The notes beneath the pieces were generated by a model. That model saw only the letters and a list, made by a program, of their open reading frames with translations. It was not told where the DNA came from and searched no databases. A DNA stretch of 64,000 nucleotides from an uncultured Candidatus Rokubacteria bacterium (GTDB lineage: Bacteria; Methylomirabilota; Methylomirabilia; Rokubacteriales; DASRDR01): positions 96,001 through 160,000 of the forward strand of contig CAVPSB010000018.1 of NCBI GenBank assembly GCA_963708025.1, read 5' to 3'. The position numbers and the translations under genes were made by a program. Positions 40,225 through 48,655 of this stretch are shown piece by piece (positions within the stretch are counted from its first letter, which is position 1; each line of letters begins with the position of its first letter).

Positions 40225-41010
40225 ATGGATCTGGGGCTGAACGGCAAGGTGGCGGTCGTCACCGGGGCCAGCGATGGCCTCGGCCGGGCCACCGCGGAGC
40301 GGCTGGCCGAAGAGGGCGCGGCGGTCGCCCTGTGCGCGCGGGGCGCCGAGCGGCTGCGGGCGGTGGCCGAGGACATCCGCCGGAAGGGCGGCCAGGCCCT
40401 CGACCTGCCGGCCGACGTGACCCGCCCGCCGGAGCTCGAGCGCTTCGTCGGCGCCACCCTCGACCGCCTCGGCCGGATCGACATCCTCGTCAACAACGCG
40501 GGGAGCTCGGCGGCCCGCGCGTTCGACACCGTGGACGACGCCGCCTGGCAGGCCGACCTCGAGCTCAAGCTCTTCGCGGCCATCCGCTGCATCCGGCTCT
40601 GCGTTCCCGCGATGCGGCGGGCCGGGGGCGGGCGGATCATCAACATCCTGAACACGGGGGCCAAGGCGCCGGCGGCCCGCTCGGTGCCGACCTCGGTGAG
40701 CCGGGCCGGCGGCCTGGCGCTCACCAAGGCCCTGTCCAAGGAGCTGGCGGCCGACCGCATCCTAGTGAACGCCGTCTGCATCGGGCTCGTCAAGAGCGGC
40801 CAGTGGGAGCGCCGCTGGGAGCGCGAGGGGCGCCCGGGGACGCTGGAGGAGTTCTACGCCCGCCTGGCCCGGGAGCGGGACGTGCCGCTGGGGCGGATCG
40901 GGGAGGCGAGCGAGCTGGCGGCCCTGGTCGTGTTCCTGGCCTCCGCCCAGGCGGCCTACGTCACCGGCGTCGCGATCAACTTCGACGGCGGGCTCGTCAA
41001 CGTCGTCTGA
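40225..41010 (+). CDS. SDR family oxidoreductase
   Basis: VTGASDGLG, ILVNNAG, YVTGVAINFDGG. Confidence 0.93.
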   Translation: MDLGLNGKVAVVTGASDGLGRATAERLAEEGAAVALCARGAERLRAVAEDIRRKGGQALDLPADVTRPPELERFVGATLDRLGRIDILVNNAGSSAARAFDTVDDAAWQADLELKLFAAIRCIRLCVPAMRRAGGGRIINILNTGAKAPAARSVPTSVSRAGGLALTKALSKELAADRILVNAVCIGLVKSGQWERRWEREGRPGTLEEFYARLARERDVPLGRIGEASELAALVVFLASAQAAYVTGVAINFDGGLVNVV

Positions 41011-41040
41011 TCGGCGGGCGAGGGGCCGCCTCGGCGCGCC

Positions 41041-41361
41041 TCAGGGCTTGGTCGCGCGCCGGAGGACCCGGATCTCGGTAGCGACCGCCCGGCTGCCGGC
41101 GACGATGCACTCCCCCCGGATCTCGTCACCGGCGCGGAGGCCGGCCGGGGGAATCTTCCGCCCCGTCTCGTCGACGATCCGGGTCTGCCCGTGCAGGATC
41201 AGGACGTGCCGGCACTGGGCGCCGTACGTCACCACGAGCCGTCCGGCCTTGTCGTCGACCGACAGGAGTACGCCGTCCCCGGCGTGGAAGGCCGCGGTGT
41301 CCGAGCCACCGGGCTGGGTGAGGTCGCTCAGGGGGGGTAACCGGCCGTCTCTTTCCATCAT
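41041..41361 (-). CDS. Hypothetical small protein (OB-fold-like)
   Basis: GGAGG SD, sigma54-type promoter upstream, TRIVD...LRAGDEI...VATEIRV pattern. Confidence 0.6.
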   Translation of the reverse strand: MMERDGRLPPLSDLTQPGGSDTAAFHAGDGVLLSVDDKAGRLVVTYGAQCRHVLILHGQTRIVDETGRKIPPAGLRAGDEIRGECIVAGSRAVATEIRVLRRATKP

Positions 41362-41406
41362 GGTCGCCTCCGTCGCCTTTGGCTTCCGTCCTCCCGGAGT
41401 AGAGTG

Positions 41407-41421
41407 GCAAGCGACGTGCCA
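41407..41421 (-). promoter_or_regulatory. Sigma54 (-24/-12) promoter
   Basis: TGGCAC-GTCGC-TTGC matches the consensus perfectly, ~45 nt upstream of ATG 41361. Confidence 0.75.
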
Positions 41422-41527
41422 GCGGAAAGGATCGATATGGCGCGGATCTGGCTCACCGAGGCGCGGCGTTCGACAGTGGTGGTGACGAAAACTCGGCCGA
41501 GGTTCGTCGGCCGGGAGGGCTGAGGAC

Positions 41528-42691
41528 GTGGAGTTACCCCGGACGGCAGGTGTGGTGGTGGTCGGCGGGGGCGTGGTGGGCTGCAGCATCGCCTACCACC
41601 TCGCCCGGCGCGGGATGCGGGACGTGGTGGTGCTGGAGCGGGATGCGGTCGGCGCCGGCACGACCAGCAAGGCGGCCGGCGGCATCCGCGCCCAGTTCCC
41701 CACCGAGACCGAGATCCGCTTCTCGCTGGAAAGCCGCCGCGTCTTCGAGTCGTTCCGGGAGGAGTTCGGCGTCGATCCCGGCTACACCCGGATCGGGTAC
41801 CTCTTCCTCGTCTCCGACGAGGCGGACCGTCGGGGCTTCGAAGCCCGCATCGCCCTCCAGCGGCGGCTGGGGGTCGACGTCCGCCTCATCAGCCCGCGGG
41901 AGGCGCAGGCGCTGGTGCCCGCCCTCCGGACCGACGACCTGATCGCCGCCGTCTGGGGGCCGGAGGACGGCATGGCCGGGCCCTCCGAGGTGACGCAGGG
42001 CTTCGCCCGGCGGGCCCGGGACCTGGGCGCCCGCATCGTCGAGGGGGTGGACGTGACCGGACTGGAGATCGGGGGCGGTCGCGTGCGCGCCGTCCGGACC
42101 TCCGCGGGGACGATCGCCACGCCGTGGGCCGTCAACGCCGCCGGGCCGGCGGCCGCCCGGGTCGGCCGGCTGGCAGGCCTGGACCTGCCGGTCGCCCCCC
42201 GCCGCCGCCACATCTTCTACACCGACCCCTTTCCGGACATCCCGGGACCGGTGCCGCTGACCACCGATCGGGCCAGCGGGTTCTACTTCCGCAAGGAGCT
42301 GGACGCCCTGCTGCTGAGCCCGGGCGACGTTCAGGACGTGGGCGACGACCTGGTGGCGCCGGTGGACTGGGGCATGGTCAACGAGGTGGTGGAGAAGGCG
42401 GTCCACCGACTGCCAGTCCTCGAGCGGGCCCGCATCGCCGGGGGCTGGGCCGGCCTGCGGCCCCTCACCCCCGACGACCACGCCATCATCGGGCCGGCGC
42501 CGGGGATCGAGGGCTTTTTCCTTGCCGTCGGCTTCGGCGGCCACGGCTTCCAGCACTCGCCGGCGACCGGCCGGGTCGTCGCCGAGTGGCTCACCGAGGG
42601 CCGGCCGTCCACGGACTGCGCCCTCTTCGATCCCGGACGCTTCGCCCGGGGCGGCCCCCGGCCCCACGACCGCGGCCCCGACGCCGAGTAA
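41528..42691 (+). CDS. FAD-dependent oxidoreductase, DAO/sarcosine oxidase beta family
   Basis: VVVVGGGVVG, GTTSKAAGGIR, WAGLRPLTPDDHAIIG, GFGGHGFQHSP. Confidence 0.93.
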   Translation: MELPRTAGVVVVGGGVVGCSIAYHLARRGMRDVVVLERDAVGAGTTSKAAGGIRAQFPTETEIRFSLESRRVFESFREEFGVDPGYTRIGYLFLVSDEADRRGFEARIALQRRLGVDVRLISPREAQALVPALRTDDLIAAVWGPEDGMAGPSEVTQGFARRARDLGARIVEGVDVTGLEIGGGRVRAVRTSAGTIATPWAVNAAGPAAARVGRLAGLDLPVAPRRRHIFYTDPFPDIPGPVPLTTDRASGFYFRKELDALLLSPGDVQDVGDDLVAPVDWGMVNEVVEKAVHRLPVLERARIAGGWAGLRPLTPDDHAIIGPAPGIEGFFLAVGFGGHGFQHSPATGRVVAEWLTEGRPSTDCALFDPGRFARGGPRPHDRGPDAE

Positions 42692-43029
42692 CCGCGCCCC
42701 CCGTGTCGTCGCTGCGGTCCTGGTCTTGGCTTGCTGATGCGGCGGCGGACCTGTCGTGACGTTCACGAAGCGCTTCCGTACAGTCAGCGCCGGCATGAGG
42801 CAGGCTGAGCCACGAGTCGAGGGCGGTTCTGGCCAACTTGAGAACGAGCCATCGGTCGAGTGTCCTGGGTGCTGGTCCCGCTCGTGGTTGTGGGTTGCGT
42901 TGCCAGCTACGGGAGGAATCTCCCACCCGGGACGGGAGGGCGTCCTCGCGTGGCGGAGCCCCGGATGATGTCCACACGCATGAAGCCGTCCTGATTGCCC
43001 GGAGGCTCTTGCGGGCGAAGCCGCTGCCG

Positions 43030-43200
43030 GTTGACGCCCTCTACCTCGTCTATGTAGATTGGACCCGGGGTGAACGGCACGCGATCATCAACCCGTCGGG
43101 CGAGGTGGTCGAGGACAGGCCCGGGCCGTGAAAGTCTCCGTACCACAACGGGTGCGCCATGCTCCTGTGCCACGAGCTCCTCGAGCCGGTGATGCTGTAG
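43030..43200 (+). pseudogene. AGE-family (N-acylglucosamine/cellobiose 2-epimerase) C-terminal remnant
   Basis: VDWTRGERHAIINPSGEVVEDRPGP*KSPYHNGCAM resembles the family's WKxPYHNGRA motif, with TGA where Trp is expected. Confidence 0.6.
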
Positions 43201-43224
43201 GACCCATTGGGGAGAGACGGGGTC

Positions 43225-43917
43225 ATGCGGGGCGTGGCGGTCAGCTGCATCGTACCGGTCTTCAACGGCGAGCGGTTTCTCCGGGAGGCCATCGAGAGCG
43301 TGCTCGCCCAGACCCGACCACCGGACGAGATCATCGTGGTGGACGACGGCTCGAGCGACGGCAGCGCCGCGATCGCGCGATCGTTCGGCGACGCGGTCAT
43401 CTACATGCACCAGAACAATGCCGGAGCGTCCGCGGCCCGGAATGCTGGAATCAGACGGGCCAGGGGAAGCCTCGTCGCGTTGCAGGATGCCGACGACCTG
43501 TGGCTACCGGAGAAGCTCGAAAGACAACTCGCTTGCTTGTCCCGACGCCCCGAGCTGGGTTTTTGCGTGGTCCACTCCCAGAACTTCTGGATGCCCGAGC
43601 TGGAGGCCGAGGCCCGGGCATTTGCGGATCAGCCATTCGTGGGGCCGCTTCCCGCCTTCACCTTCCAGAGCCTTCTGGCCCGGCACGGGCTGTTCGAAAC
43701 GGTGGGCCCGATCAACGAGTCGCTTCGCACGGGGGGCGACGTGGACTGGTTCCTTCGGGCCCGGGAAGCGGGCGTGCGCCACGAGCTCTTGCCGGAGGTG
43801 CTGCTTCGTCGACGCCTGCATTCCAACAACCTCACCCGCGCCGACCTGGCCAGCCGCGAGGCGCTGGTCTGGAGCCTCAAGTCCTCACTGGACCGTCGTC
43901 GCCGAGGGGCTTCCTGA
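43225..43917 (+). CDS. Glycosyltransferase family 2 (GT-A)
   Basis: VSCIVPVFNG, VVDDGSSD, ARNAGI, DADDLW. Confidence 0.92.
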   Translation: MRGVAVSCIVPVFNGERFLREAIESVLAQTRPPDEIIVVDDGSSDGSAAIARSFGDAVIYMHQNNAGASAARNAGIRRARGSLVALQDADDLWLPEKLERQLACLSRRPELGFCVVHSQNFWMPELEAEARAFADQPFVGPLPAFTFQSLLARHGLFETVGPINESLRTGGDVDWFLRAREAGVRHELLPEVLLRRRLHSNNLTRADLASREALVWSLKSSLDRRRRGAS

Positions 43918-44311
43918 AGACGCCGGCGGCAGCCGGCCCAGCAAGACGTGGAGGCCGTAGGCCAGCAGCCGCCGAACGTAGATGACCTGCAGGCGGCGCC
44001 CATGCTTCAGCTAGTAGGCCGCCCGGAGGTAGGCGGCCGACGGCAGCAGTAGCCGTCACCCTCGCCCGTACGAAGGAGCCGCGTCGGTGAGGGCCGCGAG
44101 CGCCGAGGCCGGAAGCGGCGCTTCCAACTCGGCGGCTAGATTCGCGGCGACCGAAATCGGCGCGGAAGAGCTTCGCAAATCTCCGGCTTCACGCTCGAAG
44201 GCCACCCAGGCGTCGCCGTCGCGCCGCCCCTCCAGAGACAGGCGCGGAGCAGGTGGGTTTCCTCCGGGGTGGGAGGAGCGCCTCGAGGGCCTCCCGAAGG
44301 GCATCGCTCAC
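43890..44311 (-). pseudogene. Decayed, internally deleted gene resembling the NTP_transf_5-type nucleotidyltransferase family
   Basis: GTG overlaps the upstream stop; fragments LLP/PEETHLLRACLW/DAW, LAAELEAPLPASALAAL and LLPSAAYLRAAY* with frameshifts and stops; family assigned from motif recall. Confidence 0.45.
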
Positions 44312-44967
44312 CACCCTTCGGCCCGCTTCTTGTCGAGAGTCATCTTGACGAGCTGAAGGAGGCGGTCCTGCGAGGGCGGGCGACGTTTGGTGAGGTTGTC
44401 GGCATGCTGCCGCCGGCGCACCAGAATCTCCGGCAGCACTTCGTAGGGGATTCTCCGCATCATCACCCGAAGGAACCACTCCGTATCCTCACCGCTTTGG
44501 AGCGACGGATTGAAGAGTCCCACGTCATCGAAGAGCACCCGTCGCGCGAGCAAGGTGCAAGGGGAAAATGGCCTCTGGGGCCACTCGGCGGGCAGCCCCG
44601 TCGGAACCGGCTCCTCGCGGAAGTTCACGATTCCGGAGAAGCAGAGCATGGCTTCGGAGCGGTCATCGAGACGGGCCACCTGGCGGGCGAGCTTGTCGGG
44701 AAGCCAGATGTCGTCGGCATCGAGAAATGCCACCAGGTCTCCCCCGACCAACCCCAACCCGGTGTTCCTGGCGGTAGCCGGCCCGGCGTTCTCCTGTCGC
44801 GTTGCGCGAATGCGGTCACTGTAGGCGGCGATCACGGAGGGGGTATCATCGGTCGAACCGTCGTCCACCACCACGATCTCCGCCACCGGGTGGGTCTGGC
44901 CCAGGATGCTGTCCAGCGCCTCAGCGAGATAGCGGGCGCCGTTGTACACGGGGACGATGCAACTCAC
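44308..44967 (-). CDS. Glycosyltransferase family 2 (GT-A)
   Basis: SCIVPVYNG, VVDDGSTD, FLDADDIW, GEDTEWF. Confidence 0.92.
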   Translation of the reverse strand: MSCIVPVYNGARYLAEALDSILGQTHPVAEIVVVDDGSTDDTPSVIAAYSDRIRATRQENAGPATARNTGLGLVGGDLVAFLDADDIWLPDKLARQVARLDDRSEAMLCFSGIVNFREEPVPTGLPAEWPQRPFSPCTLLARRVLFDDVGLFNPSLQSGEDTEWFLRVMMRRIPYEVLPEILVRRRQHADNLTKRRPPSQDRLLQLVKMTLDKKRAEGW

Positions 44968-44980
44968 CCGGGCCAGGAGG

Positions 44981-45100
44981 TCACTCCGGAGCCGGACTGT
45001 ACCACCGGTCGAGCGAGACTTTGAGCATGGTGAGGAGGAACTCGTCCCGGCTGTTCTCCGCCAAGGTGCGGCACGATGCAGCTGACCGCGGTCCGCTCAC
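44981..45100 (-). pseudogene. GT2 gene reduced to its N- and C-termini by internal deletion
   Basis: AVSCIVP (20/21 nt identical to 43237-43257) joined almost directly to SRDEFLLTMLKVSLDR, which resembles the C-termini of both intact GT2 genes. Confidence 0.7.
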
Positions 45101-46167
45101 CCGGCGACCTCATCGAGCAGGACCCGTATGACGGAGGGGATCTGCTCCAGATCGCGTCCCAGCTCCAGCCAGAACACCGGCAGTTCTTGCACCAGGGAAG
45201 CGAGCTGCTCGAAGCGGGGGCCCAGCATACCGGGAAAGGGCAGGAGCAGGAGGGAACTCGGCGCCAGCCGCATCAACGCCTGGGCCCGCGACGCCGGGCG
45301 GAACGTCGTCCTCGGCGCGTCCACCACCCGGGGGAACGCCAGGGCCCGGATCCGGGCCGAGGGTGGAAGCACCGCCCAGGGCAGATCGGACAGGAGGACC
45401 AGGGACTTGTCCTCCCGGGCCAGGCGACCCGGAATGGCGTGTGGCCGCAGGGCTGGGAAGTGCTCGAGGTGTTTCGGCTCAACGTGGGTCGAGCAGTAGA
45501 CGCTGTGGCCCACCACGCCGCGCTCGCCGTCGTGTCCGAGAGCGACGTAGTCGTCAGCCAGGTAGGCGAGCCCGGCCATGAGACAGGTGAGAGCCGTGGT
45601 GGACTTCCCGGAGCCACCCGGACCCCCCAAGAGCACGGCGTCGCCCTCCTTCCCCACCAGACCGGCATGGAGGGCTTGCAAGCCGCGGTCGCGGTGCCAG
45701 AGGAGCAGCTCGGAGTGGAGCGGGCGGCCGATCTCGTACTGGGTGAGACGATCTACATCCCCGATCCAGCCGACCATGCGCTGGCCGATCCGGTCAAAGC
45801 AGGTTCGGGTTTGGGCTCGGGTGACGGTGACGTAACGGCCCCGAGGGGAAACCTCGGTTTTCGCGGGGACCTCCAGGTCGTCATGGATGGCGCAGCCCTC
45901 GCAGCCGATCCCGGTCGCCCGTTCATCCCACAGCTCGATGGTCAGCTCGTCAGGTTGGACCGGTCGGTCTTTGGTCCGAAGGTGGGCCAGCGCGCGGGGC
46001 ACCGTGGCCGCCAGCCGGTCACCCACCAGCCGAAGGCGCGCTGGTCGACCGGCGAAGAGGAAGCAGGACTCCGCGACCTCCCAGACTCCCGCGGCCCGGT
46101 TGAACCCGCCCTGGAGGGCGTCGAAGGCCTCGCTGGGTTCCTGCCCGACCGCGGGGCTAGCCGTCAT
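45097..46167 (-). CDS. HprK-related P-loop (serine) kinase
   Basis: LHAGLV, GGPGGSGKSTT, YLADDYV. Confidence 0.82.
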   Translation of the reverse strand: MTASPAVGQEPSEAFDALQGGFNRAAGVWEVAESCFLFAGRPARLRLVGDRLAATVPRALAHLRTKDRPVQPDELTIELWDERATGIGCEGCAIHDDLEVPAKTEVSPRGRYVTVTRAQTRTCFDRIGQRMVGWIGDVDRLTQYEIGRPLHSELLLWHRDRGLQALHAGLVGKEGDAVLLGGPGGSGKSTTALTCLMAGLAYLADDYVALGHDGERGVVGHSVYCSTHVEPKHLEHFPALRPHAIPGRLAREDKSLVLLSDLPWAVLPPSARIRALAFPRVVDAPRTTFRPASRAQALMRLAPSSLLLLPFPGMLGPRFEQLASLVQELPVFWLELGRDLEQIPSVIRVLLDEVAG

Positions 46168-46487
46168 GCACCTCGCCGATGGCCGGCTCGGCGGATCGAG
46201 ACCGTAGGAACGCCGAGGCATTCGTGGTGCTATCGCAACATGGAGTTCCGGGGCCCCCTGGGTCGAGAAAGCCCGCCCCCGGCTCGAGGCCTTTACGAGC
46301 AGCTCCTAGGTCGTCCAAAGCACCTTTCGGTTCCTCCCGCTCCTCCAGCCGGCGCCGGGCATCACCGCGGCAGTGCGTCCCGGGGGTGTTCGGATTGTAG
46401 CGCGCCCTGGACGGAACCCGCAACGGCCCGTATCGAGCCATCTAGCGGGAGCAACGACGTCAAGCCTTTTCCCATAGGTAGTTCGAC

Positions 46488-47189
46488 CTAGCCCAGGAGC
46501 GTGACTGCGCCGGTGGCCAGGTCGTAGTACGCCGCGACCACCTTCAGCCGTCCCTGGGCGACGGCACCAGCGATCACGGGGGAGGCGTCCCGGAGGAGCC
46601 GGGCGTGGATCCGGGCGTTGGCCCTGATGACGGCATCGAGATCCGAGCCGGCCTGGTCCACGGCCGGCCGGATGTGCCGGTACAGCGCACTGATCTGCCC
46701 CGGCACGTCCTTGGCCGTGATCGCCGCGCTCACCGCCCCGCACGACCCGTGCCCGAGCACCATGATGACGCGGGTCCCGAGGACGGCCACGCCGTACTCG
46801 AGGCTCCCGATGATCTCGGGCGTGACGATGTTGCCCGCCACCCGCGTGACGAATACGTGCCCGATCGTCTGGTCGAAGGCGATCTCGACCGGCACCCGGG
46901 AGTCCGCGCACGAGAGCACCGCCGCGAACGGCTCCTGCTTCTCGGCCGTCTTCTGCTTGAGGAGCTGGAGGTCCTCCTGGAACGAGGTCAGCTGACCGGC
47001 CGCGAAGCGGGCGTTGCCCTCCATCAGCCGCTTCAGGGCGTCGTCGGGACTGAGGCTGGTCTGGGCGGCCGCGCTCCGGGGCCGCCCCATCCACGACGCA
47101 AGGCCCAGCGCGGTGGCGGCGGCCGCGGCTACCGAGCTCCCCAGGACCGCTCGACGCGACACGTTCCCTGCGTCCCTGACCTGCTCCAT
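46488..47189 (-). CDS. Beta-class carbonic anhydrase with Tat-type signal
   Basis: CADSRV, RVAGN, HGSCGAV zinc motifs; SRRAVLG N-terminus; GGAGGAGG SD. Confidence 0.93.
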   Translation of the reverse strand: MEQVRDAGNVSRRAVLGSSVAAAAATALGLASWMGRPRSAAAQTSLSPDDALKRLMEGNARFAAGQLTSFQEDLQLLKQKTAEKQEPFAAVLSCADSRVPVEIAFDQTIGHVFVTRVAGNIVTPEIIGSLEYGVAVLGTRVIMVLGHGSCGAVSAAITAKDVPGQISALYRHIRPAVDQAGSDLDAVIRANARIHARLLRDASPVIAGAVAQGRLKVVAAYYDLATGAVTLLG

Positions 47190-47202
47190 GTCGTCCTCCT
47201 CC

Positions 47203-47339
47203 GTTCGGAACCTCCCGCCCACCCGATTCGTTCGACGGCCTTCGGCCTTTGGCCCCCCTTCCCCACCGTTCGACGGCCTTCGGCCTGTGGCCGTGGGGGG
47301 AGGGGGGAGTCGGAGCCATCCATTCCTCACACGCTCTCA
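47203..47339 (-). repeat. Family A repeat carrying two 22-nt modules
   Basis: Minus strand reads TGAGAGCGTGTGAGGAATGG...CCGACTCCCCCCTCCCCCC...GGGTGGGCGGGAGGTTCCGAAC. Confidence 0.85.
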
Positions 47340-48164
47340 GGTCACCCGGCCCGGGCCCGCCGCCGGGAGCCGCCGCTCGATCATCCGCACGATCCACCAG
47401 GCTCCGACCGCCGAGGCCAGGTGCTTGAGCGTGTGCCCGCTCACCCCGATCGCATGAAAGATTCCGTGGTCGAAGAACTCGAAGACCTTCGCCAGCGCGT
47501 ACCAGCCTAGCACGCGGACGAGGTCCGCCGTCCCCGTGTAACGGGCCGGGAACAGCCACATGATCAGCGGGATGGCCACCAGCGTGCCGAACTGGACGAG
47601 GGCGTACGGGCGCAGGTCCCCGGTGCCCCGCTGCTCGCCGACGTGCCAGTAGAGCGTGCTCACTACGCCGACCGCCAGGAGGGGCACCAGGAGCCGGAGC
47701 CCGGCGGTGAGGTCGATCCGCTCGGCGATCACGCTCGACAGAAGCGCCATGAACGCGATCGTCATGGGCAGCCGGTCCCAGAAGAGCGTCGCGTTGTCCG
47801 GCATCCAGTGATAGTAGGCCGAGCCGACGCCGGTCAGCGCGATCCCCGCGAACACGAGCCAGTACGGCTGTCGCTCGGCCGGCGTGATGAAGGCCAGACG
47901 GGCGCCGGTGGACCGATCGCGGGCCAGGAACGCGAGGCCCGCGGCGCCGACCACCAGGAACGGAAGGTTCGAGAGCACGTTGAGGCCATTCGGCACGCCG
48001 AGCAGTCCCCGGCGATCGGCGAAGTCGTGGTAGGCGGGATCCTGGGGGATCGGCGGCACGATGAAGGTGACCCCGACCATGAGGGCCCCGAGCCCGGCGA
48101 GGAGCCAGAGGCGTCCCCGCGGCGGGCTGGCGGGCGAGCCCTCCGGTCCGAGCCCGCGAGTCAT
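47337..48164 (-). CDS. Alkaline ceramidase-like (CREST superfamily) membrane hydrolase
   Basis: YHDFADRR, NVLSNLPF, GSAYYH, WDRLPM, SGHTLKH. Confidence 0.88.
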   Translation of the reverse strand: MTRGLGPEGSPASPPRGRLWLLAGLGALMVGVTFIVPPIPQDPAYHDFADRRGLLGVPNGLNVLSNLPFLVVGAAGLAFLARDRSTGARLAFITPAERQPYWLVFAGIALTGVGSAYYHWMPDNATLFWDRLPMTIAFMALLSSVIAERIDLTAGLRLLVPLLAVGVVSTLYWHVGEQRGTGDLRPYALVQFGTLVAIPLIMWLFPARYTGTADLVRVLGWYALAKVFEFFDHGIFHAIGVSGHTLKHLASAVGAWWIVRMIERRLPAAGPGRVT

Positions 48165-48203
48165 GCCGGGGACGGACCGGGTGGCGGCATGGCGGGCTCC
48201 AGG

Positions 48204-48614
48204 CTATCGGCCCGGCGTGACCCTGGGAAGGATGTCCGCCACCCGCAGCACGAAGCGAGCCTCCCCTCCGGCCGGGCGGATCCGGATCGTGAACGGCCAC
48301 GGCGTGGTTCCCGCGAAGTCCCGTGGGGTGGCGATCGTCCGCCCCCGGGACACGACGGATCCGCTGGCGTCCAGCCCCACCAGCTCCACCGTGACCTGGG
48401 AATAGCGATCCAGCCGCGCGGCCTCCAGCACGCCCTCCGCGACGACGGCCTCCGCCGTCTCGTCGAGCCGCCAGTGGAGCGTGACGCCCCTCGGGTCGGA
48501 CGTGTGGAGCGGCAGCTCTCCCGGCTGGGGCACCGGCCGCGGAACGCCGCAGCCGGCCAGCGCCAGGACGACCAGGGCGGCGATGCAGCGCCGCCGTGTC
48601 TGCCACCATCGCAT
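48204..48614 (-). CDS. Hypothetical lipoprotein
   Basis: MRWWQTRRR...LALAGC lipobox followed by a beta-rich domain. Confidence 0.7.
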   Translation of the reverse strand: MRWWQTRRRCIAALVVLALAGCGVPRPVPQPGELPLHTSDPRGVTLHWRLDETAEAVVAEGVLEAARLDRYSQVTVELVGLDASGSVVSRGRTIATPRDFAGTTPWPFTIRIRPAGGEARFVLRVADILPRVTPGR

Positions 48615-48655
48615 GGTTCTGATGCCTCGCGCGCCCGGGCGTGGTCCCGAGCGCC

